Below, one piece after another: positions 27,812-35,128 of a stretch of DNA of 39,131 nt. Origin of the DNA: a virus (taxonomy: Duplodnaviria > Caudoviricetes); the IMG/VR virus record IMGVR_UViG_3300007973_000005, positions 1 to 39,131 of that record; one strand, 5' to 3'. Numbering within the stretch: the stretch's first letter is position 1; each line of letters begins with the position of its first letter. The notes under the pieces were generated by a model. It was not told the origin of the DNA and ran no database searches. It saw nothing but the letters and a program-made list of their open reading frames with translations. The position numbers were made by a program, and so were the translations under genes.

Positions 27812-27833
27812 CGGTGTGGAACATCCGCTGTTC
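27806..27833. repeat. palindromic boundary site A
   Basis: GAGTAGCGG-TGTGGAACAT-CCGCTGTTC; contains the RHH stop TAG. Confidence 0.85.
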
Positions 27834-27854
27834 ACAAAAACAAAGGGGAAAGTT

Positions 27855-28277
27855 ATGAAAAGCAGGTTATTGGAAAACGGAATGATGTCGTGGGAATGCA
27901 GGATCGACAGGGACCATCCCGAGGCTGACGAGGCGACGGCGGTGATTCATATTCCGATCGCAGGTAGTCCGCACATGGTAGTGCAGGTCTGCGAAATCGA
28001 CTGCATTCCGTGCGGTCCAGATGAGTACGGCGACAACAATATCATTCGCGATGGTGAGGATGGCGATCGGTGGCGGAATGTGGTGCTGATTGCGTGTGCT
28101 CCACATTTGCTGAATGCCGTGCAGCAAGCGGAAAAGAAACTGGAAGCCATCGTACAGGCCGGAATGGCGGATGGCGGGATCTGCAAGACTGAGCATGATT
28201 TGTGGGTCAGCCTGGAGGGAATTCGCCGCGAGCTTGATGTTGCGGCGGATTGGGCTACGGATGTCGGGTCGTTTTGA
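27855..28277 (+). CDS. hypothetical protein (unit A-B)
   Basis: RBS GGGGA before ATG 27855; NVVLIACAPHLL resembles the NARLIAAAPELL phage family. Confidence 0.65.
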   Translation: MKSRLLENGMMSWECRIDRDHPEADEATAVIHIPIAGSPHMVVQVCEIDCIPCGPDEYGDNNIIRDGEDGDRWRNVVLIACAPHLLNAVQQAEKKLEAIVQAGMADGGICKTEHDLWVSLEGIRRELDVAADWATDVGSF

Positions 28278-28302
28278 GTAGAGGTAATTGCATCCGCTGT
28301 TC
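28276..28302. repeat. palindromic boundary site B
   Basis: GAGTAGAGG-TAATTGCAT-CCGCTGTTC; overlaps stop TGA 28275-77. Confidence 0.85.
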
Positions 28303-28326
28303 CTGAAAACATTGGGGATTCATCAA

Positions 28327-28620
28327 ATGCCAAAACAGATAACAAGGTTTCACGACAGGCTAAAAAGCCAAACGGCTGAGCAGTGGGCGGTTGAGGTTGA
28401 GGCGACAATCGACAGCTACGCGATGATGTTCGCAGACGGAGATCAAGTCGCGTGCGATGAGAGAGAGCGAATCAGGAATCGAGTCGAAATTCTTCGGCGG
28501 CAGGAATCTGAATGCTGGGATCGTATCGAGCGGACTGCAAAGCAAATTCAGTGTATCCGCGAAGAAGGATATGCCTTGCTTCAAAACGCGTTGGATTTGA
28601 ATCAGAAAAGGAACGGATGA
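28327..28620 (+). CDS. hypothetical coiled-coil protein (unit B-C)
   Basis: RBS GGGGA before ATG 28327. Confidence 0.6.
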   Translation: MPKQITRFHDRLKSQTAEQWAVEVEATIDSYAMMFADGDQVACDERERIRNRVEILRRQESECWDRIERTAKQIQCIREEGYALLQNALDLNQKRNG

Positions 28621-28862
28621 TGCGTTGGTTCAAGGCGATGCGATCGACAGGTGAGAAGAATCAGCCGGGGGAATTTACTGTAGAGGATTCTGATGGCGTC
28701 GAATGGCAGGTAACTGCGATCGACAGCAAGAAGAAGCCTGGGACCTTAACTCTCCTGAATGAAGTGGTCTGCATGAATCGAGGCTACGAATGCGGCTCGG
28801 AAATGCGGGCGGACATTCACCAGGCAGTGCGGGACCTGATTGATTCGGAATCTGTAGGGTGA
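28617..28862 (+). CDS. hypothetical protein (unit B-C)
   Basis: ATGA coupling; RBS AGGA. Confidence 0.6.
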   Translation: MMRWFKAMRSTGEKNQPGEFTVEDSDGVEWQVTAIDSKKKPGTLTLLNEVVCMNRGYECGSEMRADIHQAVRDLIDSESVG

Positions 28863-28887
28863 GCAGAGGAACTTGTATGCTCTGTCC
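28861..28887. repeat. palindromic boundary site C
   Basis: GAGCAGAGG-AACTTGTAT-GCTCTGTCC; overlaps stop TGA 28860-62. Confidence 0.75.
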
Positions 28888-28970
28888 CGATGGTCGGGAT
28901 GGTGGAAGTGTGGAAAATACGGCAGTTGTGGCTCAAAAATGACACCGCTGCTCTTTTGTGGAGAATCAAG

Positions 28971-29399
28971 GTGGGAAAGCATACGCCCGGACCGTGGAAG
29001 ACCGTGAACAAACCCGACTATGCGTCTTACGGTGGAATCGGGATTGAGCAGGACTCAGGCTCAAAAGATGAGAACGTAATTTGTGAGATCTGGCCAATCA
29101 AAACCGTGCCGACAGAAGATCCTGAGGCTCAAGGAAACGCTCTCCTGATTGCTGCTGCCCCTGAGATGCTGGAGGCTTTGCGCGACGCGGTGAGGCTCAT
29201 TGAGCATCTTGGTGGGAACGCTAGCCACCAGAAGAAGATGATTGCTAAGGCGGAGAACTGCGACGAATCGACAATGCAATCGTCGGACATCCGTTTTGGA
29301 CATGTTGTTGGGCTGATCGTAATGGCCGGTGACACAGCCGGCACATATGGTCGTCAGGCAATTGGCATTCCCGAGCAGGCGATTACTGTGCGTAGGTAG
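28971..29399 (+). CDS. hypothetical phage protein of the KHTPGPW...NALLIAAAPEMLEAL family
   Basis: RBS GGAG before GTG 28971; recurrent phage motif. Confidence 0.7.
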   Translation: MGKHTPGPWKTVNKPDYASYGGIGIEQDSGSKDENVICEIWPIKTVPTEDPEAQGNALLIAAAPEMLEALRDAVRLIEHLGGNASHQKKMIAKAENCDESTMQSSDIRFGHVVGLIVMAGDTAGTYGRQAIGIPEQAITVRR

Positions 29400-29403
29400 C
29401 GAT

Positions 29404-29430
29404 CAACAGCGGAATTCCGTTCCGCTGCTC
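29404..29430. repeat. palindromic boundary site D
   Basis: CAACAGCGG-AATTCCGTT-CCGCTGCTC; 4 nt after the stop. Confidence 0.85.
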
Positions 29431-29474
29431 ATCGTGGGTGGTGGAATTCATTGGTAATTTCAAAGGGTGATCAG

Positions 29475-30188
29475 ATGAAGAAACTTGAATCAGTTGCCGG
29501 TGGACATATTCGACATGCTATCCATAACGCCATCGCAGAAGCCGTGGCATGTGGTGAGCATTGTCAGTTCGATTTCAACGGAGTCTCAGTTGTCGTGGCT
29601 GGTGATTCAAATCCTGATCTGATCTATCGGGATTGGGATCGTGGAATGCGTGGGTATCTTGGGAAAGAATCATCGGTCGGGCCGTATCCAGAGCCAACAC
29701 TGACAGCAGTCACGATGGAAAGTGATGCCGCGATTCAAGCGGCTAAAGACCGTGTTCGAGAAGTGCGAGAGGAAGAGGCCAGAAAGGAAGCCGCGAAGCA
29801 AAAGACTGCTCTACAGGGTGCTTTGAGTGTCGCCGGTCCAATTGAGTTGGTCGACGAAGAGGGCTGGAACAAATTCAAGGCGAACAACACGGACGGCTAC
29901 GGCGGTCGAGTCGTCCGGTACGCTGAAGAGTGGGCGCGACTGATGCAAACTCGGTTGGCCAACGGAGAAACAATCGCTCAGTGTGCGGACGAGCTGAGTC
30001 ACCTTGCCGACGATGATGGAATCACTGGCTTCATGTATGGCTGTGCTGTCGGAACCTTGGCAAAAGTCTGGAAGCACGGGGAGGCCCTGCGGCGGTGGCA
30101 CAACAAGGAAACGCAGATCGGCACTGAAGGCGACAAGGCAAACGAGTCTGGTGGCGTTCTGAATCCTGCTCTGCTCAGCATCGGATGA
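29475..30188 (+). CDS. hypothetical protein (unit D-E)
   Basis: Long ORF; GITGFMYGCAV..L...WKHGEALRRWHN motif. Confidence 0.7.
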   Translation: MKKLESVAGGHIRHAIHNAIAEAVACGEHCQFDFNGVSVVVAGDSNPDLIYRDWDRGMRGYLGKESSVGPYPEPTLTAVTMESDAAIQAAKDRVREVREEEARKEAAKQKTALQGALSVAGPIELVDEEGWNKFKANNTDGYGGRVVRYAEEWARLMQTRLANGETIAQCADELSHLADDDGITGFMYGCAVGTLAKVWKHGEALRRWHNKETQIGTEGDKANESGGVLNPALLSIG

Positions 30189-30213
30189 GCATCGGTATCG
30201 TGTTCCTCTGTTT
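30187..30213. repeat. palindromic boundary site E
   Basis: GAGCATCGG-TATCGTGTT-CCTCTGTTT; overlaps stop TGA 30186-88. Confidence 0.8.
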
Positions 30214-30228
30214 AAGGTTTGGTGAGTT

Positions 30229-30690
30229 ATGGTCGGTAACATTTTAACGATTGGTCAGTGTGCCAAACTTTGCGGCGTCACTCCTCGCGATGTCGCGAAG
30301 TGGTTCGACACTGGGCGTCTGAGGGGATATCGAATTCCAGGATCTCAGGACCGAAGAGTTCCGAAGGAATACCTGTTGCGGTTCTTGCGTGAGCAGGGAA
30401 TGGCGATTCCTAACGAGCTGACTGAACCGGAGAGCGATGGCGGCAATAAGGAAATTGCGAAGCAGGTCAGGCCAACAGTTGACGACGTGCTGAAAAGCCT
30501 CAGGGGCGACCCTGAAAACTTCCGGCAGATACTAACCGACAAAGATACGCTGCTTCAGAAGCTGTGCAAATACGCAAAGCGAAAAAGCGAGGATGAACAG
30601 GTTCCTGCGTGGTCCATTGTTGGTGAGATCTTAGGTCACGGAAGCGGCGTTTCATCGGCGATTTACGAACTGTACAGAGAGTACAAGTAA
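30229..30690 (+). CDS. excisionase/MerR-like HTH domain protein (unit E-F)
   Basis: LTIGQCAKLCGVTPRDVAKWFDTGRLRGYRIPGSQDRRVP. Confidence 0.8.
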   Translation: MVGNILTIGQCAKLCGVTPRDVAKWFDTGRLRGYRIPGSQDRRVPKEYLLRFLREQGMAIPNELTEPESDGGNKEIAKQVRPTVDDVLKSLRGDPENFRQILTDKDTLLQKLCKYAKRKSEDEQVPAWSIVGEILGHGSGVSSAIYELYREYK

Positions 30691-30714
30691 ACGCGGTTCG
30701 TGGTTCCTCTGCTC
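30688..30714. repeat. palindromic boundary site F
   Basis: TAAACGCGG-TTCGTGGTT-CCTCTGCTC; begins with stop TAA. Confidence 0.75.
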
Positions 30715-30737
30715 ACGAAAACATTGGGGAAATCGTC

Positions 30738-31325
30738 ATGACGTGCGAAATCAAAGACGCGAGACTCTGCCGCAAATGTGATGTTGTCACTGCCGATCAG
30801 CACTGTGATCTGTGCGGCAAGAGGACTGCGCCACACCCGGAATCAGGTTCGCCGGACTCGGTACAGTATTGCATCGACTGCGGGGAGGAATTCACGGCGG
30901 CTGAAGTGATTGTCAGGACGTTTAAGGATGATCCATACTGCCAGTGCGAGGACGGGGATCTGATAACGGTCTGCCGGAAATGCGAGGCATTCCGAATCGA
31001 GGAAGTGGGCGACGTTCCCAGTGCTTCGGAATCGACACCTTCTGCAGACAGTGAAGTCCCAGACGAAAAGGTAGAGAAATTCATCCTGTCAGTCCTGGAC
31101 GACTACAAGAGCCACGACTGGGACGATGTGCTGATTGAAGTTGATTCAGAGTTCCGGAAAGCAGGGATTACGCTCGGCGCTCGGCAGTCTGAAAAGTGCC
31201 TCGGAAATCTCGTGGAACGCAGGGAAGTAAGCCAGCGATGGATCGGCGATTTCTGTAACCTGAAGAGAATCAGGAAGCCGGTCGCGGTGACTTCTCAGCG
31301 GCCTTTGTTTGCGGACTGCGAATAA
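30738..31325 (+). CDS. Cys-rich (multiple CxxC) protein with a possible C-terminal wHTH (unit F-G)
   Basis: CRKC, CDLC, CIDC, CQC, CRKC; RBS GGGGA. Confidence 0.65.
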   Translation: MTCEIKDARLCRKCDVVTADQHCDLCGKRTAPHPESGSPDSVQYCIDCGEEFTAAEVIVRTFKDDPYCQCEDGDLITVCRKCEAFRIEEVGDVPSASESTPSADSEVPDEKVEKFILSVLDDYKSHDWDDVLIEVDSEFRKAGITLGARQSEKCLGNLVERREVSQRWIGDFCNLKRIRKPVAVTSQRPLFADCE

Positions 31326-31349
31326 CAGAGGTTTGGTACTCCGATCCTC
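31323..31349. repeat. palindromic boundary site G
   Basis: TAACAGAGG-TTTGGTACT-CCGATCCTC; begins with stop TAA. Confidence 0.75.
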
Positions 31350-31351
31350 AA

Positions 31352-31452
31352 GGTCAGGTGGTGTAGAGTCAAAGGCGTCCGGACGCTGGAGACGACGGAA
31401 ACACGGGTTTCGTTTACGGAACTTACCCTCGGTTCGAATCCGAGCCTGACCA
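31352..31452 (+). ncRNA. tRNA-like RNA with a 36-nt expanded D-loop
   Basis: GGTCAGG/CCTGACC acceptor, GTGT/ACAC D stem, CTCGG-TTCGAAT-CCGAG T arm; abnormal anticodon arm. Confidence 0.7.
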
Positions 31453-31584
31453 ATCTGGAGGCCCTTCAGAAAGGCAAAAAATGAACCGACCGGCGATATC
31501 CAGACAGGCCGGTCAATTGGGATGCAAGCACTTCGGTTGTGCTCGATGCAGCTTAGCGGCTGAATCGGTGTCGCAAATGACTCG

Positions 31585-31656
31585 GGGACGCCTGAGAGGT
31601 ATGCGGCATAAACGGGGACAAACCCTGTGGGCTCGGTTCGACTCCGGGGCGTTCCA
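31585..31656 (+). ncRNA. tRNA-like RNA with a G3-U70/A73 acceptor and no canonical D stem
   Basis: GGGACGC/GCGTTCC-A, CTCGG-TTCGACT-CCGGG T arm, ACGGG/CCTGT stem with loop GACAAAC. Confidence 0.65.
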
Positions 31657-31666
31657 CTTGTGAAAC

Positions 31667-31693
31667 AAGTAGCGGATAACCATATCGATAGTC
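31667..31693. repeat. palindromic boundary site H (degenerate)
   Basis: AAGTAGCGG-ATAACCATA-TCGATAGTC. Confidence 0.55.
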
Positions 31694-31771
31694 GCGGAAA
31701 CTATGGAAAATCAGTATCACGATCAGGACGGTAAACCAGTTCGCGGCGGACTCGACGACGTGACATAATGC

Positions 31772-31921
31772 ATGGTTGCTGGGCGGATCCTGTTGGGACC
31801 GGATGGGAAGCGACTGCAGTCGGACTCAGCACCGATTTATGTGCAGTTTGACATCGGAGACGGCAAGGTGGTGCGGATGCTCAATAGTGGCTATCGAGAG
31901 AAGCCGGATGAGCCAAAGTAA
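31772..31921 (+). CDS. small hypothetical protein (49 aa, unit H-I)
   Basis: MVAGRILLGPDGKRLQSDSAPIYVQFDIGDGKVVRMLNSGYREKPDEPK; its TAA begins site I. Confidence 0.5.
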   Translation: MVAGRILLGPDGKRLQSDSAPIYVQFDIGDGKVVRMLNSGYREKPDEPK

Positions 31922-31945
31922 ACGCGGTTCGGAACTCCGATCGTC
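31919..31945. repeat. palindromic boundary site I
   Basis: TAAACGCGG-TTCGGAACT-CCGATCGTC. Confidence 0.7.
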
Positions 31946-32071
31946 ATGAAGCCATTGACAGCGACACAATCCCTGGTAAACTGTCGGCACCCCATGTGAT
32001 CTCAAATTTAATCCTATGACTGCTACCGGCCTCAGAATTGTGCCGGATTCGTTGCGTCGTGGGGTGTCGAG

Positions 32072-32275
32072 ATGTCTGCAAAGACTAAGGCTTGGTGGCA
32101 ATCCAAAACGATTTGGGTTAACGCAATCACCGCTGCGACAGCGACTCTCACCGTGCTCGGTGGTCAGCAGATCGTTACTGATCACCCTGCAATCGCTGCT
32201 GGTCTCGTGGCTGCTCTGGGCGGGTTAAACATCGCCCTGCGAATCATTACCGTGCTGCCGATCGGTGGTGAGTGA
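32072..32275 (+). CDS. holin-like small two-TM protein
   Basis: KAWWQSKTIWVN...NIALRIIT pattern, two hydrophobic segments. Confidence 0.65.
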   Translation: MSAKTKAWWQSKTIWVNAITAATATLTVLGGQQIVTDHPAIAAGLVAALGGLNIALRIITVLPIGGE

Positions 32276-32742
32276 TGGCCAAAAAAGCCCCTGCAAAACC
32301 AGCAGCGAAGCGAAAGCCACGGCCAAAAAATCGCGTTGACATCGCTGGCGAAAAGCTCACAAAAGAACTTGCGAAGTCAATCGCGTGGCGGTCTTGGCTA
32401 GTCAGTGGGGCCAAGGCCGTCGCGTTGATTGTTTGCGGTGCGGTGGCTGGCGTTTATGCGGCGGGCGGCATTGAGATTGGGCCGGGGCCAGTCGTCCGTG
32501 ATGACGTGCTTCAGCAGTCCTACGACGCGGACAGGATTACCCAAGCCGCTGTCTTGCGAGAGTTGTCCGAGCAGGACTTCGACGGCAGCACGGATGATGG
32601 CCGACGCAAGGCTGGCGAGTGGTTTAACGCTCAGCGGTTCCGCAATCGGGCCAATGATTTTGGCGGTTATACGGATCAAGTGGCGGAAGCGATCGCGGCG
32701 AATTCAGAGGATAAATTGGCGGAGCAATTGGAAGAAAAATAA
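32272..32742 (+). CDS. membrane-anchored hypothetical protein
   Basis: Basic N-terminus, one TM segment, helical C-terminus. Confidence 0.6.
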   Translation: MMAKKAPAKPAAKRKPRPKNRVDIAGEKLTKELAKSIAWRSWLVSGAKAVALIVCGAVAGVYAAGGIEIGPGPVVRDDVLQQSYDADRITQAAVLRELSEQDFDGSTDDGRRKAGEWFNAQRFRNRANDFGGYTDQVAEAIAANSEDKLAEQLEEK

Positions 32743-32806
32743 AAAACCCCGCAATGGTTGTCGCCATCCGGGGAGGTGTCCCAAACCTGATTGAGAGGAA
32801 TGAGAG

Positions 32807-33448
32807 ATGAAGATTCGACACGATGAAGTAATGGTTGTCAATGCGAAACTAAAACAGATTGGAATGAGCTTCAAAATTAAAATGGGGACGCAACGTGTCA
32901 GCCACGCGGTATTCGAATGTGAGTGTGGCAACAAGCTGCTGATGATTGTTGGGAATGTGAAGTCGAATAAAAGTAAGTCGTGCGGTTGTCTAAACGATGC
33001 TGTCCGTGGGCAGTGTCTTGTGAAACATGGCCAAAATAGAAGTAGGCATCGAACTGTTGAGTACAGGACATGGTGCGGCATCAAAGATCGGTGTCATCGC
33101 GAAACGTCAAAGTGTTTTCAGTTTTATGGTGCGCGTGGAATCAGAGTATGCGAACGTTGGCTAAATTCATTTGAGGCATTTTTTGAGGACATGGGACAAC
33201 GGCCAGTTGGTTGTTCAATCGACAGGATCGACAATGCGAAAGGCTACGAGCCGAGCAATTGCCGATGGGCAACGTGGACGCAACAGCAGCGAAATAAGAC
33301 TTCAAATGTGTTAATGACCATTGACGGTGTAACTAAGTGCCGTGGTGAATGGGCGCAATGTGAAGGTGCGGCAGAATGCTTCCTGATTAGATCGCGAAAA
33401 AAACGCGGATGGTCAGACAAAGAGGCGGTTTTCGGACAAAACAAATGA
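32807..33448 (+). CDS. HNH homing endonuclease
   Basis: KSCGC, YGARGIRVCERW, SIDRIDNAKGYEPSNCRWAT...QQRN. Confidence 0.9.
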   Translation: MKIRHDEVMVVNAKLKQIGMSFKIKMGTQRVSHAVFECECGNKLLMIVGNVKSNKSKSCGCLNDAVRGQCLVKHGQNRSRHRTVEYRTWCGIKDRCHRETSKCFQFYGARGIRVCERWLNSFEAFFEDMGQRPVGCSIDRIDNAKGYEPSNCRWATWTQQQRNKTSNVLMTIDGVTKCRGEWAQCEGAAECFLIRSRKKRGWSDKEAVFGQNK

Positions 33449-34257
33449 GTGATTTCACAGGATACAATCCAGAAGCTGAAGACAAATTCTTCATTTCATC
33501 GCTGACGAGCGGCGAGGAAGTGTTGCAATTGGTCGGTGCGTACCGTGAGCAGTCTTTGGACCCCCGCAAGCTGATCAGGGTCGAGAACCAAAAAACGATG
33601 GGCAGTTGCGCCGGACACTCACTGTCTTCAAATCTCGAATGGCTGTATTGCATCGCCACGCAAGGCCAGATCGTCCAGTTGTCGCGAATGGCCGGATACA
33701 TTCTTGCTCAGGATCGCGATGGAATCAGGACGGATTCCGGAAGCGTCGTTTCCTCGGGGGTCAAGGTGGCTTTGGAAACAGGGCTTCCGGAAGAAAGCCT
33801 TTGGCCTTACCCCACGAGCTACAACCGCACAAAACCGGGAAATGATTGGCAAGGAAACGCTGAAAAATACCGAATTGCGAAGGCCGTAAACATTACGAGC
33901 TGGGATCAGTGGAAAACGTGGCTCGGGTCTGGTCAAGGCGGAATCCACACCGGCATCAGTTGGGGCAACTCAATGAACAAAGCTGTCGTTGAATCTTTTA
34001 GTCCGGGCGGTGGTGGCCATTCAATTGCTGCTCTCTGCTTGTCGGAACGCAAAGACCGAAGCGGCGAGCCTTACTCATGGATTGCAAACAGTTGGTCAGA
34101 GTCATTTGGGAACGGTGGCTGGCAGGAGTGGAGTCCGACAGCGGTCAGGCAGATGTGTCAGCATCGATTCACAACGTTCGTTGGACTGTCGGACATGCCA
34201 AACGTCAAGCCTCGCGAGTACACATTGGAAGATCTCAAAAAGGGGCTTGCGATATGA
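33445..34257 (+). CDS. papain-like (C1) cysteine peptidase
   Basis: ENQKTMGSCAGHS (Q and catalytic C), GGGHSI (H), ANSWS (N); start placed at ATG 33445. Confidence 0.85.
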   Translation: MSDFTGYNPEAEDKFFISSLTSGEEVLQLVGAYREQSLDPRKLIRVENQKTMGSCAGHSLSSNLEWLYCIATQGQIVQLSRMAGYILAQDRDGIRTDSGSVVSSGVKVALETGLPEESLWPYPTSYNRTKPGNDWQGNAEKYRIAKAVNITSWDQWKTWLGSGQGGIHTGISWGNSMNKAVVESFSPGGGGHSIAALCLSERKDRSGEPYSWIANSWSESFGNGGWQEWSPTAVRQMCQHRFTTFVGLSDMPNVKPREYTLEDLKKGLAI

Positions 34258-34859
34258 GATGGTCATTGATTGCATTGCTAGCACTTGGATGCGGTGATTC
34301 CGGCGAATTGACGGCGTTAAAGCTATCACTGGCAAACGCTCAGGAATCGATTGTCGAAACGCAATCGAAGCAGATCGACAAGACAGACGAAGCAATCGGA
34401 ATTCTTCGCGAGAATACAACCGCACTGGCAGCGATAAAAGCCAAAGTGGATGCACTTCAGGTCGTTTCCAATCCTAACGGAAAGGATGGTGATCCAGAGT
34501 CTGCCCCTGAGTCCCCGGCAAAAGCGAACGACACCCAAAATCCTCTCAAGGTCGCTACGCCGGGGACTTCTTCTCGTGTTGCTTTAGATGGCACGGTTCT
34601 GCGATGGAACATCGAAGGCAATTGGAATCCGACAATCCTTCAGACATCAGCACATCTGCGAGAGCACGGCATCAACACGAACGGTATGACTCACCAAGAG
34701 ATGGCTGACATCCATGCGTCGATTCACGATGGCAAACAGATTCCAGCTTCAGCAGTCAGGGTTAAAAATGCGGGTGCGGTTTCGAATTGTCCCGGCGGGA
34801 TGTGTCCGACAAATCGAACACAGCGACGACGAGGACTTTTCGGAGGCTTGTTTCGATGA
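34254..34859 (+). CDS. predicted lipoprotein with a coiled coil
   Basis: MRWSLIALLALGC lipobox-like signal; C-terminal CPGGMCP...RRRGLFGGLFR. Confidence 0.65.
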   Translation: MRWSLIALLALGCGDSGELTALKLSLANAQESIVETQSKQIDKTDEAIGILRENTTALAAIKAKVDALQVVSNPNGKDGDPESAPESPAKANDTQNPLKVATPGTSSRVALDGTVLRWNIEGNWNPTILQTSAHLREHGINTNGMTHQEMADIHASIHDGKQIPASAVRVKNAGAVSNCPGGMCPTNRTQRRRGLFGGLFR

Positions 34860-35128
34860 ACTTGATCAAGCCAATCGATCTACGACACATGAACATCCGC
34901 GAAGCGATCCAAGCGGTGATCAGCGGACGCATTGAGCGGATTGAATGGTCGGAGACGGTCAACCTGAAGCTCAAGCACGACGGCGAACAGGCAATTCTGA
35001 CCATCACAGACGGGACGGTCGAGGTTGATATTCCGGGGCCGATCAGTCCGGATGTGTTGCGGGTGACGGCTTACGAGGATCATGCCTTGGTGGATCTGAG
35101 GTTGAGTCAGGTAAGGATCAATTACTGA
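34856..35128 (+). CDS. hypothetical protein
   Basis: RBS GGAGG; ATGA coupling. Confidence 0.6.
   Translation: MNLIKPIDLRHMNIREAIQAVISGRIERIEWSETVNLKLKHDGEQAILTITDGTVEVDIPGPISPDVLRVTAYEDHALVDLRLSQVRINY

Noticed and set aside
20741-31656. Assigning amino acids or anticodons (Ser-GGA, ochre TTA, Leu-CAA) to the three tRNA-like RNAs
   Set aside because: None has a canonical 5-bp stem with a 7-nt loop and U33, so a suppressor tRNA or recoded genome is unsupported; genes read normally in the standard bacterial code.
31481-31663. 60-aa + strand ORF
   Set aside because: It runs through the stems and the second tRNA-like RNA and has no protein-like features.
27806-31945. CRISPR array interpretation of the repeated palindromes
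   Set aside because: The repeats are degenerate and separated by 0.2-0.8 kb of genes rather than 30-40-nt spacers; no cas genes are present.
27806-31945. Simple rho-independent terminators at each boundary
   Set aside because: Most lack a U tract and several (E-I) pair poorly, yet the spacer length is fixed. Not fully excluded for A, D and J.
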